A stretch of DNA of 64,000 bases, taken from a virus (Duplodnaviria; Caudoviricetes). Under the pieces are notes generated by a model. It was not told where the DNA came from, searched no databases, and saw only the letters and a program-made list of their open reading frames with translations. The position numbers and the translations under genes are program-made. Below, one piece after another: positions 17,230-26,420 of the stretch. The DNA is taken from IMG/VR virus record IMGVR_UViG_3300048890_000142, positions 1-64,000 of that record. One strand, given 5' to 3'. The stretch's first letter is position 1, and each line of letters opens with the position of its first letter.

Positions 17230-17516
17230 CCGACGTCTCGGTACGCCACCTCGTGGTCGACGAAGCCGATTGGTTTGACGTCGCGGCAGCGCTCACGAGC
17301 GCCGACATCGCGCTGGTCGAGGTGTCCGGATTCGGCGAGCACCACCTCCCTCGCAGGTACACGGCGCTGTTCTGCCGAAAAGAGATCCCCGGGAACGACT
17401 TGAATCTTGAGGACCTCCGCCGGCTCGCGGCCTGGGTGGAGACGATTGAGTCGTGGGCTGCGTTCGCGCTGAAGGGTGTACTCCTCATCACCGCGCTGAC
17501 GATCGCGTGTTCGTGA
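17226..17516 (+). CDS. Hypothetical protein, C-terminal TM segment
   Basis: ATGA overlap. Confidence 0.6.
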   Translation: MTDVSVRHLVVDEADWFDVAAALTSADIALVEVSGFGEHHLPRRYTALFCRKEIPGNDLNLEDLRRLAAWVETIESWAAFALKGVLLITALTIACS

Positions 17517-17641
17517 TGTGCGCGCTGGACATCCGGCACTTCACCGTCGGAGACGGTCTCGAGATGATCGGACTCGGGACGGTCCCCTTCGTCTTCTACG
17601 CGTTCTGCTACTGGCTGCTCCAGCATTACAGGAAGAGGTGA
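17516..17641 (+). CDS. Small membrane peptide
   Basis: TGATG overlap, one TM segment. Confidence 0.45.
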   Translation: MCALDIRHFTVGDGLEMIGLGTVPFVFYAFCYWLLQHYRKR

Positions 17642-17649
17642 GAGAAGTC

Positions 17650-18210
17650 GTGACCGACCACCTCACCCTGATCACCTACCCGGAGCACGCGTCACATTCC
17701 GAACGGCCGAACGTCGCGCTGCTGGTCAAGGCACTGCGTTACGTCACCGCCAGACCCGACCTCTGGACCCAGGCCGCCTACCTGATGGACGTCCGGGCGC
17801 ACGGCTACCGGGAGGGCCCCGCCGCCTGCCTGGGCGGCCGGGTCGTCCTGCTAGCCGGCGCCCTGCCGATCTGGTCTCGGGACGCGCGCACCACCGCGCG
17901 GGCCTCTTACTCGATCGCCGGTGAGGTGCGCGCCTGGTCGGTACCTACGCTCGCGTCCCGGATACTGGGCGTCCCGACCGGGCTCGGGGACCAGCTCTTC
18001 GCCGCCGAGCGCACGCTGCGCGAGTTGTGGGAGCTCTCCGCCCAGTGGGCCGCAGACCACGGGCCCACGCCGGTTCCGGTCCCCGACCGATTGCCCTCAT
18101 GGGCGAATCAGCGCCAGCCTTCCGAGCGGATCGGAGAGCGCTGGTGGTCTCCCGCCGCGCGGTGGCTGGCGGACAACGACGAGAGGAAGAGGGATCGTGA
18201 CGGTGATTGA
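17650..18210 (+). CDS. CGTxACxAG-family protein, divergent paralogue 2
   Basis: WTQAAY...GPAACLGG. Confidence 0.7.
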   Translation: MTDHLTLITYPEHASHSERPNVALLVKALRYVTARPDLWTQAAYLMDVRAHGYREGPAACLGGRVVLLAGALPIWSRDARTTARASYSIAGEVRAWSVPTLASRILGVPTGLGDQLFAAERTLRELWELSAQWAADHGPTPVPVPDRLPSWANQRQPSERIGERWWSPAARWLADNDERKRDRDGD

Positions 18211-18673
18211 ATCGATGGTGCCTACCGAGGAGCAACTCGACCGTCTTGAGGACGCGTTGCACCACGTCCAGACGCACCCGGAGCAGTGGAGGCAGTCGGA
18301 CTGGATGACCGTGACGGAGTGCGGTACGGTCGCCTGTCTCGCCGGACACGTCGTGCTCCGCGCGGGGTTCGAGACGCGCTCAGCGCCCTGGTACTTCGAC
18401 CTCGACCACCCCCGCGAGGTCGTTCCCCAGGTACGTGTCGACGGTCAGTGGCGGATAGCTACCGTCGTTGTCCGAGACGTCGCCAAGGAACTGCTGGGCC
18501 TGGACGAATACCGGACCACGCTGCTGTTCGCGGGGTCGAACACGTTGCCCGAGATGTGGCTGGCGCTCGAGGAGATCAGCGACGGCACCCGTCGCGCGCC
18601 GCAGGACGCGGTCACCGACGAGCAGCGTGAGGACCTCGTAGACCGCTGCGCTCACTACCGGGCCCGGTCGTGA
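18197..18673 (+). CDS. CGTxACxAG-family protein, paralogue 3
   Basis: WRQSDW..TECGTVACLAG. Confidence 0.75.
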   Translation: MTVIESMVPTEEQLDRLEDALHHVQTHPEQWRQSDWMTVTECGTVACLAGHVVLRAGFETRSAPWYFDLDHPREVVPQVRVDGQWRIATVVVRDVAKELLGLDEYRTTLLFAGSNTLPEMWLALEEISDGTRRAPQDAVTDEQREDLVDRCAHYRARS

Positions 18674-18867
18674 GTACCCCGGTGATGGGCGACGGCTGGA
18701 CGCCGGTCACCGCGGGGGCGACGACGTTCGTCCACCGCGGTCCCGAGGGCTCGGTCTGGGTCTCGGACGGGTTGGCGACGGTGCGGGTACCCGGCGAGGT
18801 GCTGATCGTCCTGGCCAGGATTCTGATCGCCGAGCGCGTGCACGGGGCGAGGAGGGCGGCCGGGTGA
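18670..18867 (+). CDS. Hypothetical protein
   Basis: GTGA coupling. Confidence 0.6.
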   Translation: MSTPVMGDGWTPVTAGATTFVHRGPEGSVWVSDGLATVRVPGEVLIVLARILIAERVHGARRAAG

Positions 18868-19127
18868 GTACCTCGGAAGAGCTGTCCGAGGCCGAGCTGC
18901 TCGGGCGCGTGAGCGGACTCGTCAACGCGCTGGCCAGGCCACTGTTCGTGTGGCGGATGGCGGCGTCTATGGCCTGGAGGTATCCCGAGACCTCGATGAC
19001 CCGGTCCGCGCGTACCAGGCTGGTGAACGCGGCCCGCGACATCGACCGGCTCGCAGCGCTCTACGTCGCGCACGGCGAGGCCCTGGCCGAGCTCGAGGCT
19101 GGGCAGCCGCTTGACGAGGTAGATTAG
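18864..19127 (+). CDS. Hypothetical protein
   Basis: GTGA coupling. Confidence 0.6.
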   Translation: MSTSEELSEAELLGRVSGLVNALARPLFVWRMAASMAWRYPETSMTRSARTRLVNAARDIDRLAALYVAHGEALAELEAGQPLDEVD

Positions 19128-19177
19128 CTCAGCGTACGATCGTCGAGACCGGACGAGAACGAGGAAGGGAGACCGAG

Positions 19178-19561
19178 GTGGCGAACGCCGAGCGACTGCT
19201 GGACGTGCTGACGTTCCTGGAGGTGCATCCCGACAGGCACGACCAGAACTACTGGGTGCTGAGGCGGGCCTGCGGCACGGTGGCGTGCCTGGCCGGGTGG
19301 GCTGCCCTGCGGAACGGGTACGTGGAGTCCTACTCGTCGGAGGACCCGAGCTACTTCCGAGGCGTGTATCGCTCCGATGACCCCCACCAAGAGCTCCGTG
19401 CCATCCGCAACGTCGCCGAGGAAGTCCTCGACCTCACGCCCGAGGAAGGCGACCTGCTGTTCGACTACTGCAACGGGATCCAGGACCTCTGGCGCATCGT
19501 CAACGAAATCACCGACGGCGAGGTCGGCCGGCTGCGTGCCCGGGACGCGGTGACGACGTGA
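19178..19561 (+). CDS. CGTxACxAG-family protein, paralogue 4
   Basis: HDQNYW..RACGTVACLAGW. Confidence 0.8.
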   Translation: MANAERLLDVLTFLEVHPDRHDQNYWVLRRACGTVACLAGWAALRNGYVESYSSEDPSYFRGVYRSDDPHQELRAIRNVAEEVLDLTPEEGDLLFDYCNGIQDLWRIVNEITDGEVGRLRARDAVTT

Positions 19562-19932
19562 ACTTCGAGCGCCTCGAGCAGGTGATGCGGTTCGTCACCG
19601 ACAACCCCGACCTGCACGACCAGGGCATGTGGATCACGACCGACACACCGTGCGGGACGACCGCCTGCCTCGCGGGCTGGACGTGCCTGCTCAACGGGTA
19701 CGCGCCCGCGAAAGAGGCTTGGAAATACCGTAAGGCGGACGGTGGTCTCCAGATCGCTATGGTCCGGAAAATCGGAGACTCCGACGGCGAGGAACTCGAC
19801 GTGTTCTACACGGCGTGCGAAATCCTCGACGTCGATCCCGACCTCGCGGCCCCGCTGTTCGGGGCCTCGCAGACCCTGGACTCGCTCTGGACGCGCGTCG
19901 AGGCCTTGACCGACGGCCGGGTGAAGCGGTGA
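19558..19932 (+). CDS. CGTxACxAG-family protein, paralogue 5
   Basis: HDQGMW..TPCGTTACLAGW. Confidence 0.8.
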   Translation: MNFERLEQVMRFVTDNPDLHDQGMWITTDTPCGTTACLAGWTCLLNGYAPAKEAWKYRKADGGLQIAMVRKIGDSDGEELDVFYTACEILDVDPDLAAPLFGASQTLDSLWTRVEALTDGRVKR

Positions 19933-20057
19933 GCTCGTCCCCGCACGGCGAGGACTCGGTCACCCTGGACGACCTGCTCCGCCTCGTCCCGGCGTCCGCG
20001 CTGATCGGAGGACTGGTCGCCTTCGTCGTCGTATGGGCGATCTTGCGAAGGAGGTGA
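19929..20057 (+). CDS. Small membrane peptide
   Basis: One TM segment followed by RRR. Confidence 0.5.
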   Translation: MSSSPHGEDSVTLDDLLRLVPASALIGGLVAFVVVWAILRRR

Positions 20058-20062
20058 GGAAC

Positions 20063-20206
20063 GTGGACGCGGTACAGAAGGTCGCCGGCGCGGTGGTCGC
20101 GGTCGGTCTGGGTAGCTTTCCCCTGTGGGTCGCGCTGCTCGTAGCCGAGGTCCGCACCCTGCGCAGGCGGGTACGAGCTCTCGCCGTCGAGGAACTGCGG
20201 CGATGA
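20063..20206 (+). CDS. Small membrane peptide (47 aa, not in the ORF track)
   Basis: RBS GGAGGTGAGG; MDAVQKVAGAVVAVGLGSFPLWVALLVAEVRTLRRR. Confidence 0.55.
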   Translation: MDAVQKVAGAVVAVGLGSFPLWVALLVAEVRTLRRRVRALAVEELRR

Positions 20207-20445
20207 GGCGCGCCTTCATGACCCAGGTCGTCCAGGTGGGGCGGCGCGGGGTCCTGGGGAGCCTGCTCGGCGGAGCGTTCGAGCTGGGGATCTTGGTCTT
20301 GAAGTGGGCGGTGATCGGGGCGGTCGTCGCGACGGCCCTGATGGTCACCGGCCTCGTCTTGTTTGCCCGGTGGGCGGTCGGCGAGGGGCGCGGAAAGTCG
20401 GTCGTCGCGTGGCACCGTGACCCGAGCGGCTACTGGCGCCCGTAG
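20203..20445 (+). CDS. Small membrane protein
   Basis: ATGA overlap, TM segment. Confidence 0.55.
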   Translation: MRRAFMTQVVQVGRRGVLGSLLGGAFELGILVLKWAVIGAVVATALMVTGLVLFARWAVGEGRGKSVVAWHRDPSGYWRP

Positions 20446-20481
20446 GGGTAAGAAGTCCGAACGAACGAAGGAGGAGAGATC

Positions 20482-20856
20482 GTGGGAGATATGGCAGATC
20501 ACGACGCCGAGGTGTACGGATTCGGTTGGGAAGGTCTCAAGATCCGAGTGTCGGGAGCGCGGCCGCCCGCAGTCACGGCGAGCGCGCTTCGGAGCTCGAT
20601 GGCGGCGCTCGCGGCGGAGATCGCCCGGATCGAGGCGCTCCCGAAGGAGCCGAGCGCCAAGGTGATCCGGTTCAAGAAGCGCTACGGCGAGAAGTGCTAC
20701 AGCTACGCGGCTCTGAAGGTCGGGAATGCCTGGTTCGTCACGGGTCGGGTGACGGCCCCGTTCACCTGGAACGAACTGCTGGCCTTCATCGGCGACGAGT
20801 ACCTGCACACGATCCGCGTCGCCGCGGGCTGGCAGAAGCTCGGGACCGAGGAGTGA
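20482..20856 (+). CDS. Hypothetical protein
   Basis: RBS AAGGAGGAG; IRFKK..YSYAALK..WFVTG. Confidence 0.75.
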   Translation: MGDMADHDAEVYGFGWEGLKIRVSGARPPAVTASALRSSMAALAAEIARIEALPKEPSAKVIRFKKRYGEKCYSYAALKVGNAWFVTGRVTAPFTWNELLAFIGDEYLHTIRVAAGWQKLGTEE

Positions 20857-21281
20857 GCAGGAAGCTCACCTGGCGACAGGAGACCGCCAAGCTGGTCTCC
20901 CACGTCCGGTACCTCGGTGACGACGGCGGGCGCTGCGAGGCCCACCGGAGGATGCCCGGCAAGGCGAGGTGGGATCCCGAACTGCGCGAACGCTACCGAT
21001 GCAAGAGCGTCGCTCGATGGCAGTACCGGTACCTCCGCATGCCCGGCGAGGAGAGTCCCTGGATCCGGAAGCTGTGTTGGACGCACCTCGTGTACTCCGC
21101 GTTCTACTACTCGATGAAAGAGATCGATCGCAACGACCGGTGGTGGCGCCGACACCTCGACGAGGTGAACGCGGTGCGCGAGCGCCACGGGCTGCCGGCG
21201 CTGTCAGGCGAGGGCGAGGAAGGGCATGAAGCCGGACCCACTGGCGCCGGCGACGACGTCGATGGTGGCGGCCCAGCTTGA
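20853..21281 (+). CDS. Hypothetical protein with Cys/His motifs
   Basis: CEAH, RCK, LCWTH. Confidence 0.6.
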   Translation: MSRKLTWRQETAKLVSHVRYLGDDGGRCEAHRRMPGKARWDPELRERYRCKSVARWQYRYLRMPGEESPWIRKLCWTHLVYSAFYYSMKEIDRNDRWWRRHLDEVNAVRERHGLPALSGEGEEGHEAGPTGAGDDVDGGGPA

Positions 21282-22628
21282 CCCCCCGCTGGTGAGGTAG
21301 CGGCGATGCCCGCCGCCGAAGCCACCGTCGAACAGCCCGGCGTTTCCGGATCCCTCGGTGAACGCGAACGAGGGCGGGACCGAGTACCCGGTCACCCGGA
21401 CGCCCAGGTAGACGAACCGATCGGCGTCCTGCGCGGCGATCGGCGCGGGCAGTGCCTTGGACCGGGGCCCGGTGGACGTCCACAGGTTGTCGTCGGACAC
21501 GGTCTGGGTGATCTTGTTCCCGGCGTCGTCGTAGATCGCGAAGCCGTTCTCGCCGCCGGCGCCTAGCGTGCCGGCGGCGTGCAGCGCGGTCCAGCACGTG
21601 GTGATCGCCTTGCCGGCGGGGACGAGCATCCGGGCGTACCCGGCGCCCACGCCGAGGCTGCTGTTGTCCCGGAAATTGTCCAGGTCGGCCGAGGCGGCGA
21701 TCAGGGCGTCCCCGGAGAGCGGGTAGTTGCTGCGCAGCCGGTCCTGGTAGCGGAACCGGGAGGCCTGACTCAGGTCGACGACCAATAACTGCCCGCTGGT
21801 ACCGACGGGTAGCTTGGCCACCGTATCCGCGCCGGTACCCACGATCAGGTCGCCGGCGGCGTCCACGATCGCGGCCCCGATCTTCCCGGCGAGGTCGGGG
21901 ACCAGGTTGACGACGTCGGACTCGGCGTGGGCGTGCGCCAGCGGCGTGCGGGCGTCGGAGTTGCGCGGGTCGTTGCCCTGGGTGGCGGTCCCGGCGCCGG
22001 ACCCGTAGACGACGGTCAGGGACCGGTCCGCGGACAGGTCCCCACCTCCGGAAAGTCCCGTGCCGGCGGATACCGATCTCGTGGCGGGGACCTTGGCGGC
22101 CAGGTCCGCGACCAGGTTGATCACCTTGGACTCGGGGATCGTCCCGACGCCGACCTTCGGGTTGGTCGCGGTGCCGGTGACCTGGATGGTGGCGTCGGCC
22201 GAGGTGACGGAGGCGACTCCCCCGCCGCCACCGCCTCCCGCGACGTCGACGTTGCCGGCGGAGTCCGGGCGGATCCCGTTGACGGTCTGGACCACGGTGA
22301 CGAACGAGAGGGGGACCTCGAGGTGCGCGGCGGTCGAGAGGTCGGTGGTCAGGCCGGCCGGCACGTCGATCACGTAGCGGCGCCGGTGTCTGGTGGCCAG
22401 GTCCTCGGTGACCGCGTACTTCCACAGGTCGGTGGTCGCCGCGACCACCTTAGTCTGCGGACCGCCCGTGACCGCGATGGTCAGGGCCTCGGGGACCACG
22501 ATCACGCCGAGGTCCTGGCGGTAGCCGGTGGGGATCAGGTGGACCGTGCCGAGGATCGCCGGGTCACCGTCGGCGCGCTCGAAGTCGAACGAGACGGTAC
22601 CGGTGTCCATGCCGGGGGGAAGGGGCAT
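21204..22628 (-). CDS. Fibre-like virion protein (tail or head fibre)
   Basis: VQTVNG, GTGLSGGGDLSADRSL, HAHAESDVVNLVPDL and GDLIVGTGA repeats typical of phage fibres. Confidence 0.7.
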   Translation of the reverse strand: MPLPPGMDTGTVSFDFERADGDPAILGTVHLIPTGYRQDLGVIVVPEALTIAVTGGPQTKVVAATTDLWKYAVTEDLATRHRRRYVIDVPAGLTTDLSTAAHLEVPLSFVTVVQTVNGIRPDSAGNVDVAGGGGGGGVASVTSADATIQVTGTATNPKVGVGTIPESKVINLVADLAAKVPATRSVSAGTGLSGGGDLSADRSLTVVYGSGAGTATQGNDPRNSDARTPLAHAHAESDVVNLVPDLAGKIGAAIVDAAGDLIVGTGADTVAKLPVGTSGQLLVVDLSQASRFRYQDRLRSNYPLSGDALIAASADLDNFRDNSSLGVGAGYARMLVPAGKAITTCWTALHAAGTLGAGGENGFAIYDDAGNKITQTVSDDNLWTSTGPRSKALPAPIAAQDADRFVYLGVRVTGYSVPPSFAFTEGSGNAGLFDGGFGGGHRRYLTSGGSSWAATIDVVAGASGSGFMPFLALA

Positions 22629-22652
22629 CGCGACCTCCCCTCGGGGTCGGCG

Positions 22653-23621
22653 CTACTGCGCGGGGTGGGCCAGCCGCGCGGCCAGCGCGTCTACGATAGC
22701 GTCCGCCTCCGCGTGCGCGCCGCTGGCGACTGCGTCCTTGATCGCCTGGAGGGCCGGCAGCACGTCGTCGGTCACCAGCGCGTGGAAGGACGCGTCGAGG
22801 TGCGCGAGCACGTCGGCGGAGGAGAGGTCGTTCTTCTGGTTCGCGAGCACCGTGGCGAGCATCGCCTTGCACGCCGCCGAGTCGCGGGCGGCGGCCCCGG
22901 CCGAGTTGTAGGTGTCCGTCCAGAGGTAGCTGGCCTCCAGGTTCGGTCGGCCGATCTGTGCGCCCGCGATGATGGGTACCTTGTCTACCTGGATGTCTGC
23001 GGTCACGGTGGCTCCTGCCTCCAGTACTCGGACGTCCGCGGCGTAGGAGAGGTCTACCCACCCGGACACGCCGGCGACGGTGCCGCGCGAGGTGTACTGG
23101 TGGGCATCGACCCTACCCGCGTAGTGGGTGATCGGGTGCCGGTTCCCGTCGTTGACCCCGTACTCGGCCGCCCAGGTGATGTCCCAGTCGTAGGGCATGG
23201 AGTCGACGTCGAGCTGGGCCAGCCACGAGGTGGACGAGTAGGTGCCTACTCGGCAACCGAATGCGGCGTGCACGGTCTCGAGGAACGCCCGGACGAACGG
23301 CCGGCGCTGCGAGACCGGGATGCCGCCGTTCTCGATGTCCAGGATCGGGGCGAGGTAGCGGCCGTTCGGCGCGAACCTCAGGCGCCGCAACTGGGTCACG
23401 AAGACCAGGGCCTGGGAGACGGGGTCGCCCGGCTCGGCGAAGTGGTAGCCGCCCCAGAGGATCTCGCGAGCGGCGCAGGCGGCGACGTAGGCGTCGGCGT
23501 GCACGATCGGCTGGTCCCCGCCGTCGGAAACCTTGATCCAGGCGAAGGTGACCGAGGCCGCCAGTGCGTCCCAGTCCGTGACGACGTTATAACGCTGGTA
23601 CAGGTCGATCCCGGTAGCCAC
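22653..23621 (-). CDS. Endolysin, GH25 muramidase plus C-terminal domain
   Basis: GIDL, WIKVSDG, GGYHF, ILDIE (DxE), HQYTS. Confidence 0.9.
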   Translation of the reverse strand: MATGIDLYQRYNVVTDWDALAASVTFAWIKVSDGGDQPIVHADAYVAACAAREILWGGYHFAEPGDPVSQALVFVTQLRRLRFAPNGRYLAPILDIENGGIPVSQRRPFVRAFLETVHAAFGCRVGTYSSTSWLAQLDVDSMPYDWDITWAAEYGVNDGNRHPITHYAGRVDAHQYTSRGTVAGVSGWVDLSYAADVRVLEAGATVTADIQVDKVPIIAGAQIGRPNLEASYLWTDTYNSAGAAARDSAACKAMLATVLANQKNDLSSADVLAHLDASFHALVTDDVLPALQAIKDAVASGAHAEADAIVDALAARLAHPAQ

Positions 23622-23653
23622 CGAACTCACCGCCTCCGCCGCGCTCGGAGATC

Positions 23654-23682
23654 TTGCCCGTAGACTAGCAGACAGGTAGGTT
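23654..23682. promoter_or_regulatory. Overlapping divergent promoters: TTGCCC-N17-TAGGTT (+) and extended -10 TGCTAGTCT (-)
   Basis: Between the endolysin and the gene at 23703; TAGACTA pseudo-palindrome in the spacer. Confidence 0.55.
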
Positions 23683-23702
23683 AACAAGGGACGGAGACGG
23701 AG

Positions 23703-24017
23703 GTGCGCCTCGTGGGCGAACCCAGGCACGGGAGCCAGCGAGCCTACGTCAACGACGGCTGCCACTGCCCGGTCTGCCGGGAGGGCAACACCGCCCGGCA
23801 CCGCGACCTGCGCAGGGGACGGTTCAATCGACGGGTACTCATCGACGGCAGGCTGGTCGCTCCCGTCCCGCCCGAGCGACACGCGTTGATGACGACGTAC
23901 AACAACTGGGGATGTCGGTGCTGGCCCTGCACGCGCGCGGCCAGCGCCTACAAGGTGGCGGCTCGCCGCAAGGGCGGGACGCCGGAGACCGACGACGCGA
24001 GAGAGGAACAGACGTGA
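23703..24017 (+). CDS. Tandem HG...Y..xGCxC..C zinc-binding protein
   Basis: HGSQRAYVNDGCHCPVC and HALMTTYNNWGCRCWPC. Confidence 0.75.
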   Translation: MRLVGEPRHGSQRAYVNDGCHCPVCREGNTARHRDLRRGRFNRRVLIDGRLVAPVPPERHALMTTYNNWGCRCWPCTRAASAYKVAARRKGGTPETDDAREEQT

Positions 24018-24313
24018 CCGCCGCTGCCTATTCGATCTACTCCCGACTGGACCCGAAGATCACCTGGAGGTTGGCCGGCCTGCTGCTGGTGCTCGGGGCG
24101 TACCTGGCACCCGGACGTCGGGTCAAGCACGGCGGTCACGGACACCTGACGCGTCAGCCTCGACTCACCGCCGGGCTGGTCGTATCCGCCCACTATCTGG
24201 TGGCTCTGGCTCACGGCGACGACTCCGCGATCGGTCGCCGCTGGATACGCGTCGTCGGCCGCGCCGTGGCCGGTGCCGCGACGATCGGACTCGGCGTCTT
24301 GGCGGGGGTTTAA
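24014..24313 (+). CDS. Membrane protein
   Basis: Hydrophobic segments; GTGA coupling. Confidence 0.6.
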   Translation: MTAAAYSIYSRLDPKITWRLAGLLLVLGAYLAPGRRVKHGGHGHLTRQPRLTAGLVVSAHYLVALAHGDDSAIGRRWIRVVGRAVAGAATIGLGVLAGV

Positions 24314-24492
24314 TCTACCGATCCGGTCGGTTCTGTGTTAACGTCAGCTCGTACAACGAGGGCGTCGATGCGTCAAAGCGTTGCCACAACTGCTGCTCCA
24401 CGTAGGTTCTCGCGCAAAGGCCGTTCGGGAGGCTGAAGGTGGCTGTCTACCTCCTGACATGAACGCGTCCTGCGTGATCGGCGCTCGCAAAC

Positions 24493-24535
24493 GCTCGCGG
24501 CGACCTGTTGGGTGGCCTCACGGGTCGCCGCGAGC
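24493..24535. other. Strong hairpin in a 250-bp intergenic gap (ncRNA or terminator candidate)
   Basis: GCTCGCGGCGACC/GGTCGCCGCGAGC 13-bp perfect stem. Confidence 0.55.
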
Positions 24536-24566
24536 TCTCGTCAGACCGAAGGAAGGGAGTCCGACG

Positions 24567-24917
24567 ATGTTCCGGAAGTTCTTCGCCAACTTATTCGACT
24601 CGGGACCAGCGGACAGCGGCGTCTTCCGCGGACCTCGACTGTCCCAGGCCCGCTTGCTCCAGGGGCCTCGCTACGTGATCACCTTCTCGCCCGCAGGTTA
24701 CGAGAACGTCCAGCTCGACTGGATGGGCGTCCTGGACGACGTCGACCTCACCGTCGAGGAAGTACGCACCGGCTTCCAGACCTGGTTGGACACCGCCCCC
24801 CGGTCCCCGGACGGGGTGCCTCTACGGACCATCCAGGCGTGGATCAACGGGTCTTTCCGAGAGATCACCTTCCGCACCGACTGGGTCTCGGGCTTCGCAG
24901 TGCAGCGGGTCGGGTGA
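24567..24917 (+). CDS. Hypothetical protein
   Basis: RBS AAGGGAG. Confidence 0.75.
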   Translation: MFRKFFANLFDSGPADSGVFRGPRLSQARLLQGPRYVITFSPAGYENVQLDWMGVLDDVDLTVEEVRTGFQTWLDTAPRSPDGVPLRTIQAWINGSFREITFRTDWVSGFAVQRVG

Positions 24918-24922
24918 TTCCG

Positions 24923-25117
24923 ATGGCACTCCACGTCCCCCTGCACGGCAACGTCCGCTGCGCGACCTGCGAGCGGCCGGCCGGCGCGCTCTGGCTGTCC
25001 AACGAGTCCTTCGAAAGTGGCCGACGCGTGAGATTCAACGAGGTCACGCCCTGCGGATGTCGCGTCTATCTGCCTCGAGTCGACGCCCGGCCACCAGCTC
25101 GTAAGGTCCGCCGGTGA
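24923..25117 (+). CDS. Small zinc-ribbon protein
   Basis: CATC...PCGC. Confidence 0.55.
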   Translation: MALHVPLHGNVRCATCERPAGALWLSNESFESGRRVRFNEVTPCGCRVYLPRVDARPPARKVRR

Positions 25118-25725
25118 GCACCGTCGCGGTCTGCGTCCCCGCCATCCCAGTCCGGCGTGTCCAGCTCGCCGCGGCCCTGCGTACGGTCGCGCAGCAGACT
25201 CGACTGCCGGAGGAGATCCACGTCGAGCTGGACACTCGCCGACTCGGCGCCGCGGTCACCAGAAACCGGGCCTGGCGTCGGGCCACTACCGAGTGGGTCG
25301 CCTTTCTCGACGACGACGACGAGCTCATGCCCGAGCACCTCGAGGTGCTCATGGGTCATCGGACGGGCGCGGACCTCGTCTATAGCTGGTTCCACCTCCC
25401 CGAGGCCGAGGACCCCCTCGCGGTACCGGTGAACGGCGTCCTACGGAGCCCCTTCGGCGTCGAGTTCGGACCCGAGCAGCGGGACTACATGATGACCACG
25501 GGTAACTTCGTCCCGGTCACCGTGCTGGTGCGTCGCGACCTCCTCGAGGAAGTCGACGGCTTCCCCGTCCCCGGCACCGAACGCTGGCCGGACGAGCACT
25601 GCGAGGACTGGGGGTGCTGGCGCGACATGCTCCAGGTCGGCGCGATCTTCCGGCACGTCCCGCAACGCACTTGGACCTGGCATCACCACGGCAGGAATAC
25701 CAGCGGAAGGAGCGACAGATGGTGA
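25114..25725 (+). CDS. Glycosyltransferase family 2 (GT-A)
   Basis: VCVPA, GAAVTRN, WVAFLDDDD, EDW. Confidence 0.9.
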   Translation: MSTVAVCVPAIPVRRVQLAAALRTVAQQTRLPEEIHVELDTRRLGAAVTRNRAWRRATTEWVAFLDDDDELMPEHLEVLMGHRTGADLVYSWFHLPEAEDPLAVPVNGVLRSPFGVEFGPEQRDYMMTTGNFVPVTVLVRRDLLEEVDGFPVPGTERWPDEHCEDWGCWRDMLQVGAIFRHVPQRTWTWHHHGRNTSGRSDRW

Positions 25726-26420
25726 GCGTCCTCGTCCCCACCCGAGGGAGGCCGGAGGGCGTCGAGCGGCTGCTCGAGTCCGCCTACGATCTCTCGGAGG
25801 GACCGCTCGAGTTCGTGTTCTACATCGACGATGACGACCCCCGGGGAATTGAGACGATCGGAGTCATTCAACGTTACGGGGCCTTCGTGGTCGTCGGAAG
25901 TCGTATCACGCTCTCCCAGATGTGGAACGCGTGCTACGAGCGCGCCACCCACGACCTGCTGATGCAGTGCGGCGACGACATCGTCTTCCGCACCCAGGGC
26001 TGGGACGTGATGTTCGCCCAGGCCTTCGAGCAGTACTCCGACCGGATCGCCTTCGTGCACGGCGACGACGGCTTCCAGCACGAGCGCATCGGGACCCACG
26101 GCGTCCTGCACCGCAACTGGGTCGAGGCGGTTGGCTACTTCGTTCCGCCGCACTTCGCCAGCGACTACAACGATCTCTGGCTCACCGAGGTCGCCGACGC
26201 CCTGAGCCGACGTGTCTACCTTCCCGGCGTGCTCACCGAACACATGCACCCGGTGGCCGGTAAGGGCGAGTTGGATCTCACCCACCAGGAGCGCCTCGAG
26301 CGCCACCGAATCGAGGACTGCGATTGGATCTGGCGGGAGACCGCCGGCGAGCGCGCGGCCGACGTAGCGAAGCTGCGCGCGGTCATCCTGCAGTCCCGAG
26401 GCGTCGAGGTCGCTTCGTGA
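25719..26420 (+). CDS. Glycosyltransferase family 2 (GT-A)
   Basis: SVLVPTRGRP, IDDDD, CGDD. Confidence 0.85.
   Translation: MVSVLVPTRGRPEGVERLLESAYDLSEGPLEFVFYIDDDDPRGIETIGVIQRYGAFVVVGSRITLSQMWNACYERATHDLLMQCGDDIVFRTQGWDVMFAQAFEQYSDRIAFVHGDDGFQHERIGTHGVLHRNWVEAVGYFVPPHFASDYNDLWLTEVADALSRRVYLPGVLTEHMHPVAGKGELDLTHQERLERHRIEDCDWIWRETAGERAADVAKLRAVILQSRGVEVAS

Noticed and set aside
24313-24566. tRNA or tmRNA in the intergenic gap
   Set aside because: No T-loop GTTCRA or cloverleaf found by eye; no tRNA recognised elsewhere either
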